DNA of 64,000 bases from Chrysemys picta bellii. Lineage: Eukaryota. The position numbers and the translations under genes are program-made. How positions within the stretch are numbered: the stretch's first letter is position 1; each line of letters begins with the position of its first letter. This document shows, piece by piece, positions 1 to 12,109 of the stretch. The notes under the pieces were generated by a model, which was not told where the DNA came from, did no database searches, and was given only the letters and a program-made list of their open reading frames with translations. The stretch spans positions 92,256,001 through 92,320,000 of the forward strand of contig NC_088791.1 of NCBI RefSeq assembly GCF_011386835.1. The letters are read 5' to 3'.

Positions 1-282
1 GAGGAGACCACCAGCCAACTGAGCTGGGAAAGCTGATAGCAGGTTGAACGGCTGTGGCCCAACTTCCCCCAGACAGATACCAGGAAAGGCATCTGTGTGC
101 TGTGTTCACCTTCCCTGCACTGCAGGTGAACGGATCGCAGCAGGACACGGAAGGAGAGGGGTGAGGGGAGGGACAGGCTGAGTGTGAATGTGACAGAGGA
201 TGAAGAAGGCTGTGGCAGAGAGAGGAAGGGAAGAGCTGTGCTGGTCTTTGCATTAAGCCAACATGAGCTTGTATTTGAACAA

Positions 283-298
283 TTTATTATTTTTTATT
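283..298 (-). terminator. Tandem AATAAA polyadenylation signals, probably for the CHAD-family LRR gene
   Basis: tttatt at 283-288 and 293-298 on plus (AATAAA on minus), downstream of the minus-strand LRR gene. Confidence 0.55.
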
Positions 299-941
299 CA
301 CGCCTCACATAACATGGGACCCAGAGCCTGCCATAAGCTGCGGCCTGCTCCGAGCGCTGACACCCAGCGCCTTCTGCACTGCAGGATGGCCTCTGCAGCC
401 ACACCCTAGCCCAGCAGCCCCTCCTGGTCCCCACAAGAGCTAGGGAGGGTGGGGGAAGCAGGAAAGAGAAAAGGAGGGGGAGAGAGAGGGACTGAGCAGA
501 GGAGAAAGGAAGGAAATGAAGACAAAACACACAGAAAATAGAGTGCGCATCTGCTTCTTTCTTCCCTTCACAGGCTGCCGAACCCATCCTGTGTGCACCT
601 TCCCCCCCAACCACTGAAACACATTAATGCCATGCCAGGCCTACCTATTAACACACACCCCAATTGCTTTCTGATTTCCTGTGATCTCCCCAGCCCCTCC
701 ACCAAAAAGCACTACCTTCCAGCTAGCAGCGCTGTGGGGGCCGAGCCTGAAAGTGGCTATCTCACAGCACCGAGGGTCAGGGAGCTGCTATCAGCTCCAA
801 CCAGGAGAGATCTTCAACTCTGCGGAAGGGGCCCATGTTTTCAAGCTAAAGGACCGAGTTTCAGCTTCCCAGGGGAATGAGGCGCGTGGGAGTTATTTAA
901 GTATGGAACTGTCCGGGTCCCATCCGCATACTGGCCAGGCC

Positions 942-1738
942 TCACCCTGCCATGAGATCGGCAAGGGCATTGGTTACACTGGTCGTCTCCCTTTCAAAGT
1001 ACTGGTGCCATGAACCATGGCTCCCTTCACAGCACTCCCAGCCCTTGGGGCGGAAGGGGAGAGAGGCTTGGACTGGAAATCCAGTGCGTCCTGGCCCCAG
1101 CCCACCACTTTCATGTACTCTGGAACCACAGGCCGTTACCTCTATGTCCACCAGGAGCTGTCCCTGTAGCGCCCCCGGGGAGCTGCACTCCACGGGGCTG
1201 CGTTCTTTCCGGAGCACCTTCTTCTGCCAGGTGCGGAGCCAGATCAGTTTGCAGTCACAGCGCCACTTGTTCCCGGTCAGATACAGAGTGGAGAGCGACT
1301 TCAGGGAGGACAGAGGCAGAAGCGACTCCAGGCTGTTGTTCCTCAGGCTCAGCAGCTCCAGCCAGCGGAGCCTGGTGAAAGCCAAGTTGGTGACCTGCTC
1401 CAGGGCCAGGCTGTCCAGGAACAGCTGCCTTAGGGACCGAAGCCTCCTCCCAAAGGAGAGAGACGTCAGCTTCCGGATGGGGTTACCACTCAGCTGTAGA
1501 GTGGAGAGCATGGGAGAGGTGCGGATGGCCGCGGGCACGCTCGCCAGCTGGTTCCCGTCTAGGCTGAGGGCCCGCAGGGTGCCTGGGAGGGCTTTGCTGG
1601 AGACATTGGTAATATGGTTTGCACTCAGGTAGAGCCGACGCAGCCGCGGGAGGCCATGAAGGGCTTGGTCGGAGAGCTCCAGCAGCAGGTTGTTACTCAG
1701 GTCCAGGACACTGAGCTGCTTCAGAGAAGAGAACCCAC
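942..1738 (-). CDS. Chondroadherin-family secreted LRR protein, coding exon 2: LRRs and LRRCT
   Basis: Acceptor (TC)n-AG at 1739-1740 joins in frame (LLPG|GFSSLKQLSVLDLSNN). It includes LQLSGNPIRKLTSLSFGRRLRSLRQLFLDSLALEQ and the LRRCT NKWRCDC...CSSPGALQG...C. Stop at 942-944; joined CDS 411 aa. The 3' end could instead splice further. Confidence 0.85.
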
Positions 1739-1740
1739 CT

Positions 1741-1762
1741 GAGAGAGAGAGAGAGAGAGAGA
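1741..1762. repeat. (GA)11 microsatellite forming the polypyrimidine tract of the LRR gene exon 2 acceptor
   Basis: Directly abuts the AG acceptor at 1739-1740. Confidence 0.9.
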
Positions 1763-2060
1763 CCCCCCAACCAGGTCAAGCCAATATCAAATGTTCTGTG
1801 CTTCAATAATCTCTGATCATGAGGCACCTCCTCTCCCGCAGCCCTGAGTTACTCCCTCCCATTTTCCCCTGGGTAGAAGGAGGTGCTGACTTTGTATCAT
1901 GGACATGCAGGACCCGTTGGTGGCAGTTCTGGCCCCCATCCTCTCAGCAGCGTGGGGTCTTCAGGAGACCTACGGCTTGGGCAGGGATTAGTAGAGAAGA
2001 GGCATGGGGCTGGTAATGCTGGTTGCTCAGTTAGCTGGAGGCCTATCCATCCAGAAATAC

Positions 2061-2499
2061 CTGGCAGGAGGTGAGCAATCTGGTTGTGCTCCAGGTGCAG
2101 GAAGATCAGATTTGTCAGATTCTCAAAGACACCCTCTGGGACCTGCTCCAGGAGGTTGTTGTCCAGGTGGAGATGGTACAGATTCTTGACCCCCTGAAAA
2201 GCCCCCGGCTCAATCTGGTGGATGCCACTGCTGCCAAGGTAAATGATGCTGATCTCAGCCAGTTCTGGGAAGAAGCCTGCTGAGAGGGTGCTGAACTGGT
2301 TGTGCTGCAGGTCGAGCTCCACGGTGGCATTGGGGATGCCAGGGGGAAGAGAGGATAAGCTGGCATTGGAGCACCGGACAAACCACTGGGAGAAGAAGCA
2401 GGAGCAATTCACAGGGCACTGGACATTGCCTGGGAGCTGTGCGATGGCCATGACTGGAATCCACAGCAGAACAAGGACCATAATCCAGAGCCTCGACAT
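2061..2499 (-). CDS. Chondroadherin-family secreted LRR protein (uncharacterised paralog), coding exon 1: signal peptide, LRRNT, first LRRs
   Basis: ATG at 2499 lies 7 nt after a ttgcaaacag acceptor. It encodes MSRLWIMVLVLLWIPVMAIA (signal peptide), CPVNCSC...C (LRRNT) and LDLQHNQF/LHLDNNLL/LHLEHNQI repeats. Phase-1 donor CCAG|GTATTT at 2060. Confidence 0.85.
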
Positions 2500-3277
2500 A
2501 GCGTCTCTGTTTGCAAGACAAGCCAGGCAGTGAGTGAAACAGATTCATACATACTGTAAAAGGGCTGGGAACAGGATAGATCACATTGTGTCCACACCTC
2601 CCTGAGACTGTCCTTCCCTATGCTATATTCTCCAGGGAATTTGTCCAGACCACTCTTAAATTACCCACTGTCCACAGAGGACTGTTCCATAGCCCAGCAG
2701 ATCTCACTGTTAGGAGATGTAATATAATGCAGCCAACATGCTCCTATCACTCCAAGTTTACTAAACCTTTGAATCAATCTGAACAGTTGTTCTTAGCCCC
2801 TTTGTTTTTACCCCACTGACAGTGTATGTGCTTGTCACCTCACTCGGCTTGGGCTGAGCTACGGGAATATTGTTATTTTAAATCTTTCCGTAGGTCATTT
2901 CCTGTAGCCCCTTCGTTGATTTTAGATCCTCATTTCTGGATTCCCGTCACTTTATCAATAAGTTTCTGTTATCAAGAGCTAGCAGAGAATGAAGTTCTCG
3001 GAACCAGTGACATGGCTCATCTGCTGCCAGCTGCATGTGATGATGTACTGTCTGGGTCCTGCCTCAGCGCAGGGGGCTGCATTAGATGACCTCTCAAACT
3101 CCCTTCTGGCCTTACATTTCTATGCGGCAGACCCATAGGAACAAAGGAACTGCTGAAACCAGATCAGACCATTGCTCCATCCTGTCTGGTATCCTGCCTC
3201 CAACCGTGGCCAGGACCAGATGTTTCCAGTGCCACAGTCTAAAGACTCACTGTGCTGTGTCAGCAGCTGCTATAGTG

Positions 3278-4345
3278 TCATAGACTTTAAGGCCAGAAGG
3301 GACCATCATGATCATCTAGTCTGACCTCCTGCACATTGCAGGCCACAGAACCTCACCCACCCACTCCTGTAATAGACTGACCCTTAACCTCTGGCTGAGT
3401 TACTGAAGTCCTCAAATCATGATTTAAAGACTTCACGTTACAGAGAATCCATCATTACTCTAGTTTAAACCTGCAAGTGACCCATGCCCCATGCTGCAGA
3501 GGAAGGTGAAAAACCCCACAGGATCTCTGCCAATCTGACCTGGGGGGAAATTCTTTCCTGACCCCAAATATGGTGATTAGTTAGACCCTGAGCACGTGGG
3601 CAAGACCCACCAGCCAGACACCTGGGAGAGAATTCTCTGTAGTAACTCAGAGCCTCCCTCCCCCATCTAGTGTCCCATCACCAGTTGTTGGGAATATTTA
3701 CAATGGCAGATGCAGCTGGGCCATATGCCATTGTAGGCAGTCTCATCATACCATTCCTCCACACACTTATCAAGCTCAGTTTTGAAGCTAGTTAGGATTT
3801 TTGCCCCCACTGCTCCCCTCAGAAGGCTGTTCCAGAATGTCACTGCTCTGATGGTTAGAAACTTCCATCTAATTTCAAGCCTAAACTTATTGATGGCCAA
3901 TTTATATCCATTTGTGCTTATGCCAGCATTGGCCCTTAACTTAAATAACTCCTCTCCCTCCCTGGTGTGTATCCCTCTGATGTATTTATAGAGAGCAGTC
4001 ATATCTCCCCTCAGCCTTCTTTTGGTTAGGCTAGACAAGCCAACCTCTGAGTCTCCTCTCATAAGGTAGCTTTTTTGTTCCTCAGATCATCCTAGTAGCC
4101 CTTCTCTGCACCTGTTCCAGTTTGAATTCATCCTTCTTAAACATGGGAGACCAGAACTGCACACACTATTCCAGATGAGGTCTCACCAATACCTTGTAAA
4201 ATGGCAGTAACACTTCCCCGTCTCTACTAGAAATACCTTGTCTGATGCATTCTAGGACTGCATTAGCCTTTTTCTCAGCCACATCACATTGGTGGCTCAG
4301 TCACCCTGTGATCAATCAATACACCCAGGTCATTCTCCTCTGTCA
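3278..4345 (-). mobile_element. CR1 LINE 3' fragment (RT C-terminus and 3' UTR), degenerate
   Basis: ORF 3667..4062 ([17 protein letters not shown]...WNSL) is the CR1 ORF2 C-terminus; typical tcatagactttaaggccagaagggacc 3' end. Confidence 0.9.
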
Positions 4346-7045
4346 TTTTCTCTTGAAATGTTCTGAATAGAAGCTGCTCACCTCACCGCCCCTAGGGATC
4401 AATGCTGTGCCACATAGCAGACCTGGCTTTGATTCCTACTCTCCTGTCCTAGAGCAGGCCCAATGCCCGAACTGGTTTCTACCCTGCCATGAGGAAGATC
4501 CTCATCCAGGGTTGACTCCCAGTTGCCCTGAGCCCTCCCAGGGGACACTGCTGTGCCAGAGAGGAGACTCAAATTTCATTCCTGCTGCCCAGAGTTGGGC
4601 AGACCAGGGGCATTCCAGAAATCAGCACGGTGGCCAACACTTACTGCTCTGGGCTCCCACTTTGGGAGAGCAGGGAATTAGGCTTCTCACCTCTAATGAT
4701 ATTTTGTTCCACAAGTTTGGAGGGTTTCTAGGGCTTCAAGTGGTCTGGAATAATCACCAGGTCTGGCTTTGGCTGGCAACAGATTTTCACCAGTTCATAC
4801 CAACGTTCTCCTTCCTGCCAGGGCAACAGGACAACATGGTGAAAGAGGAGTACTATTAGTCAGATTGGCTCTACGGTTGGGTAGCTTTATCTTTCGCTGT
4901 TCTGCCTTCTTTTATTCTCTTCTCCTCACCTGTTCTGCTTCCACGTGCCTCTACTTCCTCCTCTCCCTCTGGATTCCCTCCCGCTCCCAGGGCTGGAGAC
5001 TCAGGTGGTGTCAATCAGCCTTCCTGCACTGAAGGCAACGGTTTTACACCACCAAAGGATCTGACCCCCACTGTCTCTGTGACTGCTCCTGTTGTTTTCC
5101 TCTACGTTCTATCTGCCCTGGTCTTGCTCCCTTTCTTTCTCTTCCATGGCAGGGGGACACTCTCTCTCCCGTCTCCTCCTGAATCAAGTTTGTGTAGCCC
5201 AAAGCCGAGGGAGCGAACAGGAACGGCCGAGAGCCAGGGCTTCCTCCTTTTGTTCACTCACGACAAAACAGACTTCTAGAGAAACGCTGACTCGGCAATC
5301 TGACCGGCAGGAAACGCAGCCCTGCGGTCTCCCCCGGCCCCGGTTTCCTTGGTTAAGGTGTGGCTACAGTCAGGGGAGTCTCTGCTGGAACATGGCCCCT
5401 TCTAGCTGGATAGCTCCATGTCCCAGCTGCCACCAGGCTCTGCCCTGCAGAGTCGGTGCCACTAGAGCAGAGCAGTCCTGACTGGCAGAATCCCTCGCCC
5501 TGGTGGGCAGGTCAGGGAGAGCAGAGCAACCCAGAGCCCAGGGTGCTGAGGGAGGAGCTGGTAGAACCATTATCATGGTCGGAGCTGTAAACTGAACTGG
5601 ACCCACTGGAGCTAGAGGGGACTACAGGATGATGTTCCTGATCAAATCACTTGTCTCCCTGCACCACTAAACACTCTCTGACATCAGCAATATAATCCTC
5701 CAAGAACGGGGTGTCTGAGATCATCTCTCCTCCCCTCCCCGGCAGCCTTTTACTCATCACTGGACTTAGCTGCTTGAACTGATGGGAAACCAATGTCCTA
5801 GGATGCTCATCTCACACCCTCCGATGGGTCTCTATATGCACTGCAAGGACATCCAGATTCCTAAACACGGCGGCGGTGCCCCATGTGCCAGATTCTGGTG
5901 TTCGTTACACCAGGGTAAGTTTGCAGTTACGCCACCGACATCTGTGGAGTTACTCTGGACTCACACCAGCACCACTGAGACCCGGGCCCCGTTGGATACA
6001 TGCCCTGTGCTTTGCAGTAAGGCCCTCAACCCATAAGACTTTATGATGGTGCAAACCACCGTCACAGCTTGTCCTTTTCCTGTTCTGTTCTGTTTTATTT
6101 AGTGTAGAATAAAAAGATCATACCTAAAAAAAGCCACCGTTCTTGACTGCAGACACTCCTTCGCCAGAGTGATGATTGTGCCACTTGGGTGCTGGGGTTA
6201 AAGTACAGGGGGAAGCAGAGCTACCCCACTCTGCTATATCAGAGGGAGAACTCCCCCCTCCGCCTTAGCTGGTGCAGGGACAACCCTCCTCTTTCCATTT
6301 CAATATACTGTAACTGCTGCTTGGGCACCTGTAGAGTTCTGCCCTGTCCCATGGAATCTCGCTGCTGTCTCTTTCTGTCTTGGTAACAGAAGTGGGGTGG
6401 TGGAGTTAATGTGTAGTGGAGACTGTGTTTGCTCACTCCTAGGGGCTAGGCTGGGGACACGATGAAAAAGAAAAAACAATATCCACTTTCTATTTCGCGC
6501 TGGTGACCCGGCTGCAGCTCCCCGGGATGAGGAGACCAGAGTGTCCGTCTGAGAAACACAGGCCAGGGAAGCACGGAGACCACAGCCAACAGGAGTGTGG
6601 CCCCACCCTGCACTACAGCCGTGTGCAAAGAGGCGCTCAGCGTTTCATGGCCCCTAAGATGTCACTGTTCTCCCCATAGGGCACAGCCAGCTCTAAACCA
6701 GCTAATCTTCTGTCTCTCATCGCTCTGTACCTTATCCATCAGTGGGAATCTCTGCACTCTCTTCCTCTTCACACTGCATGTCTCTCCTCCCCCAGCACTT
6801 CTCCCCATCTACCTCTGCTGAGTATGACTCCCGCCTACCAATCCCCTCTTCCGCCTCTCGATGTTGTCTCTTTCACTCTTCCCCAGGATGCAACTCTCTC
6901 TCTTTAACCTGGGAGCCTGATCCTGTAGCCCTCTACCTGGGAAACTCCCATTGAGCCACTGGATTGGACCCAGGATGTGTCTCTCTGCCACCCTTTGGGT
7001 GCGAGTCTGTGTTTGTTCTGAGTTTATTGTCTCCTGTGTTACTGC

Positions 7046-8196
7046 TGTAGCCCATAGGATTACTTTGCTAACTATTATATCCTACTAATCCAGCCAGCTG
7101 TATCAAATATGTTTCTTTCTGAATTAATCCATTTCATACATGATTCTTATATTTTATCAGTATGAATTCCTATGAAATTAGGATGTGTTGAGGCATATGA
7201 TATGTGTTTCCTAATAATTATACATAGAATAAGTTTTGCTGAAATGCAAGAAGCCTACGGGCCTGTATCCGGTAAGATCACCTAAACAGCTAAAAGTATG
7301 ATCAGTTAATAGTAAGTCAGCATAAAGGCTGGCAACCTTTGGCACAGATAGAAATGGTCCCTGAACTTTGGGGAACCGAAGGGAGGAACTACACCCAACA
7401 CTGAACAGGTTTATTCGGCGTCTGCAACCGGTTGGTAATCGCAGGGTGCACCACAAACCTGGAAGTCGCCAAGAGAGCCTAGCTTGGCAGTTTTTGGAGT
7501 GAGACAATCCTTATTAATAAGTGGAGAGTATGTGTCATAATCCACTAACCTATAGGAGAAGGGTACCCATAAATTTCTTAGGGTACAGAAGTAAGATTTC
7601 GGTATAATAGTTTGGGCCTGAATTACATAGTGTCAGGATCCTATAAAATACCATGTAAGGATATCTTAGAGAGCTTTTTTCTTTTCTTTGTTCTCCTATG
7701 TTCTATAGACTATCTTTTTATCTACCCATCATTCTATCTTCCATCACGCTATCAGCTCAGCGTGTGTAGTACAGTATAACTACTCAACATTCCTAACTAT
7801 TGGGGAAGCCAGAACCATTGTGTTATCGGGCATGTCAGGAGTAAGGCTGGTCCTTCACCTCCTATTACCTGTTCCTCAAGGAAGGGAGTGGTATGTTAGG
7901 TTAAGGTATTTATAATAGGAATGTTACCACCAGGAGTTGTGGAATTCTTTTACTGTTTTGCAGTCAAAAGTTTCATAGCATTTATTATTCTTTTGTTAAT
8001 CTCAATAAAGCTTTTATCAATTTGGTGTTTTCCTCAGTGTAAGTGTTTTTGCCAAGCGCCCCGAGAGTCCTCTCCTGATATAGAACTCTGAGTTCTCGGA
8101 CCCTGTAGTCTGAATTGGACAAGAACCTATAAATCTTCTGGTCGGATGCGATCAGTGGCAAGCCATAACAGCTAACCCATAAAATTCAGGTCAACA
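7046..8196 (+). mobile_element. Solo LTR (ERV/Gypsy type), 1151 bp
   Basis: TGT...ACA termini flanked by a 4-bp TSD ctgc (7042-7045, 8197-8200); TATAAAA at 7642 and AATAAA at 8004. Confidence 0.7.
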
Positions 8197-8367
8197 CTGC
8201 AAACTCTGTGGGGGCAGTTCTGTGAAGCTCTAGGCTTATCTATAAGTGACTAATAATAGTGTAGGAATGGTTTCCTTTGGGGCTGCATATTCGTGCTCCC
8301 ATCTAGCCTCCACTGAGCAGCAATTTTGCTTGCTTTCAGCTAGAAGTACTTGCTCTATGTTTTCACT

Positions 8368-8554
8368 AAAAGAACAGGAGTACTTGTGGCACCTTAGAGA
8401 CTAACAAATTTATTTGAGCATAAGCTTTCGTGGGCTACAGCCCACTTCTAGCCCACGAAAGCTTATGCTCTAATAAATTTGTTAGTCTCTAAGGTGCCAC
8501 AAGTACTCCTGTTCTTTTTGCGGATACAGACTAACACAGCTGCTACTATGAAAC
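8368..8554. mobile_element. Penelope-like element remnant with inverted (hairpin) pseudo-LTR arms
   Basis: About 80-bp inverted arms (aagaacaggagtacttgtggcacc...gctttcgtgggcta / tagcccacgaaagc...gtactcctgttcttt); 13-bp TSD ctatgttttcact at 8355-8367 and 8555-8567. Confidence 0.85.
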
Positions 8555-9240
8555 CTATGTTTTCACTGTTTTTTCCAAACCAGTGAATGTAGCAAAATAA
8601 CCCATTTGCAGCAGCTATTTCCAAATGCACAGCATTTCTCATTTGCTCTGCCCTGCCTCCCCGGGGCTCCCCCTACCCCTTCACTGACAAAGACACTCAA
8701 TGTTGCTGGCGCTTTCCATCTCCCTTACCTGTCCTGAGAGACGGCTCTGCTGGGGGTTATTTGCTGCGCAGCTCCAGTGCTTTAGCCCCTCTCCAAACAC
8801 GCCATGTGCTGTGGAATGATTGTCCTGGTGACTCTTCCCCCTTTCAGCTCATATGCATCCAACAAGTCACATAACCTGATGGAGGAAGCGGTGCTAGGAC
8901 ATGAGTTGTTTCCTCCTATTGTCTGCAGGGAGAAAGGATACAGATGAGCTGGAGAAAGTAAAGGCAGCAAAAAAAATAAAAAACAAATAAAAAAAATACA
9001 GCCACGAAGTCTGGAACCCAGCATGCATCAGTGTTTGAAACACCTGAGCCTGTCCAGCCCTCCTTCAGGCCCTTTGTCCCCCTCCGCATTAGGAAATGAG
9101 CCAGGTTTGAAAACCATTTTCAAGTGAAAACCAAGGTGCTGGTCCCTGTCTATAAAGCCTGAAATGGCCACACCCCAGTACGCACAGAGCTCCTGTGATG
9201 TCCCACCAAGTCCAGAAGTTTTGGCTTTTTGTCCATAGCG

Positions 9241-9304
9241 TGAAACTTGTGGGCATTGGGGAGCAGAGAAGCATGAAACTTGTGGGCACTGGGGAGCAGA
9301 GAAG
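9241..9304. repeat. 33-bp tandem duplication (2 copies)
   Basis: tgaaacttgtgggca(t/c)tggggagcagagaag repeated twice. Confidence 0.85.
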
Positions 9305-11985
9305 TGTCAATAGCAACTCCTTGCCTCTGGCGTTTTCTTCCGCTGGGAATACGTCTGAGTTTGTTGAGGCTTTGCATGAAATGCAGTTTCTGAAATCTCC
9401 AGTCATTGGCTGGCTCATGGCAGCTTCACAAACTGATACCTTCCCCTGGAGGTTACATCATGTGCTCTAGAACCTAAGCTTAAAAAGTGAAATCAGACTG
9501 GATATGAACTGAGGCAGCAATGTCTTCCTGACATCAGGCCTGAGAGAAATATCAGCTGCCTCAATCATCTCAATATGATGTACACTCTGAAGCCTAATGA
9601 TGATCATTTGAACGTCAACAGTGTTGTTAACAATTTCATATCAGAGGCAAGAGAATCACATTATGAAGGTTTGTGCAATCTCCTGCAAATGGCATCTCAG
9701 TTTGGTATCACAGGTGGACAGAGGTTGGGTTGTAGATGGAGCTTATTTTTTGCAGTCTGACATCTGTTTAGCTGACTGGCTTGGTTTGCTCCCTGTTTGA
9801 TACTGCCAAACAGATGCTTTCCTTTCTGGAACTGTATTTGTGATGGTACATCTACCTGGTGAAGTGCACACAGATGATATGACTGTGCTGATGTCAGCGT
9901 CTGCAATAATTCAGGCAGGAAATTACTTGGATTCACATCTTGTGGAATCTGGTGTCTCTAGGCAGTTGTGGTGACGGGGCTGGAGAACAGGCAGCCACTG
10001 GGTCCCTTAATACGGTTTGTATCATGGAATTGTCCTGAAGCAAACTTTCAAAAAGGTGACAGCCCGATTTGATCCCTGTCCTACAAGAAATTAACCTGAG
10101 CCCTCCACACACAAGGGCCCTTGAACAACCACAGGAAAACATCAAGTTTGGGGCTCTACTGACCTGTGGCTGGCTCAGAACTGGAGACCGAGCGGTAAAT
10201 GGTTATTCTATCCCCCCCAAAAGCTGGCTTTAAGCGGCTGAGCAATCGCAAGGCATCCCTGCCCCCCACTCTCAAAGGAGGGATTAATTCAGCTTTAACC
10301 CGGCCATGTTTCCTTTTCAAAGCAAAGGGTCCGATCCTGCAACAGCCGCATTCACACAAGGCGTCCTAGCGAAGCCAAAGGGGCGGCTTGCTGAGTGAGG
10401 GCTACTCCCTTAGGGCAGAGGTCACAGGGGCAGGTAGGCTGGGGCATTTGTCGCTTAGAAGGACGCAGGCCTAACATTTACCGCAAGCCAGCCCCATTCT
10501 ACTTGGATCAAAGAGCAGCAGCATCGTCTGGCTTCTGCGGCCACCCAACCCACACAAAGAAGCCAGTGTCATTGGGAGAGCGAGGAGGGGCAGGCCCTCC
10601 AAGGCTGAGGTCTGTGAGGAGGACAGAAAAAGCCAGAGTCTTGTGTGTCTCCTCCCTACACAGAAATCCTCCTCCCTTCACCCCACTCCCCGCTGTGCGC
10701 ACAGGAAGGAGAGACTCCACTGCACAGTGGAAAATTCCACCCTCCTCTCCCCAGTGCATACAACGTTTACATTCAAAACAAGTCGCCTGTGTTTCTCTTT
10801 CCTGTGTCCCGCTGCCCAGCCTCCGCCCCCTCCCTCTGCAACGCGTCTTCTTGTTAAATTCAAACAGGAGCAGAGTTTTAGCTGAGCCATTCCGTGCACT
10901 GGTTCAAGGACAATCCTTTCCCAAAGATCTCTCAGATGGAGTCTGGCTCAGCAAGACAAGTAAACTCCGTACCCAGCCACAAACCAGCATGATCCAACAT
11001 CTGAGCAACCCTACAATAACAATACAACGTGCACAGTCCAAATCTCTGGGGCAATCAGGCACTAAACATTGAGCCCGCTCCTGCAGCTCTTACACAAACA
11101 GCCACATCTGAGTCAGTGGGACCACTCAGGTGAGGAAGACGTGCAACAATGGGGCCCCCTAGCTGGTCCAGCTTGTGACCGAGCCCCCAACCCTGCCCTC
11201 ACTGGGCCCAGATGGGAGCAGTATCAGGCCCTGAGATAGTGGCATTGCCGCCTTCTGAGCCGCAGGCAGGGAGGTCTGCGTTTCCGGAGCCAAGAGTTTA
11301 TCGCAGATGTTGTCTAGCTGACGATCACAACGCCCGGCTCTGCACGCTGTGGTCACCTGAACGTTTTAATGATCCCCACAGAGCAATACTTTGCGCTCCT
11401 GTCAGAAAGACGGCCCCCTTTCAGGTGACCACAGCTACGTTTGCCATCCTCACTCTCCTTACAATGCTAGTGGGGCACATTGAGCAAGGAGCCTACCCAG
11501 AGAGTTGAAGCATCTCCCCTCCAGCAAGTCCTCACTCGTACAAGCCTAGGAACCAGAGTCCGTCCGAGTAGACCCAGTGCTGACGTTCATTCAGACAGAT
11601 TAGGGTGCAGCACCAGAAGTAGACCCCTGATCCTGCAAATAGATGCACTAGCCCTGCCTCTCAACGTGGGATTCCATTGACTCTGGGGACTCCTGCACCC
11701 ACACAGAATCCCACTGATGTCAATGTGACGCTATAACGGCACAGGGGTACATGCTAATGCATCCGTTAAGGAGGAGCAGGGACCTAAATAGCTGAGACAT
11801 TTGTGAGTGAGAAATCAGCATTTTCCTTTATGAAAATTACATTTCAACCTTTTTCTGAAAAAGGCTTAAATGCAAATTCCCCTCCACCTGAATAATCCAG
11901 GGCATTGTACCTGACTGGCAGGAGTCTGAGCATCACAATGGGGTGACAGCTAAAGCTCTCTGCAAACTAATGGCCTGTTCCCGAG

Positions 11986-12109
11986 TAGGATAACCAGAGA
12001 AGCAAGTGTGAAAAATCAGGATGGGGGTGGGGGATAATAGGAGCCTATATAAGAAAAAGCCCCCAAAATCGGGACTGTCCCTATAAAATCGGGACATCTG
12101 GTCACCCTA
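11986..12109. mobile_element. Short hAT (Blackjack-like) MITE
   Basis: TIRs taggataaccag / ctggtcacccta; near-perfect flanking duplication gttcc(c/t)gag. Confidence 0.7.

Noticed and set aside
952-1632. Plus-strand 226-aa ORF, and antisense ORFs over CHADL (17750-18774)
   Set aside because: Shadow frames opposite real LRR exons
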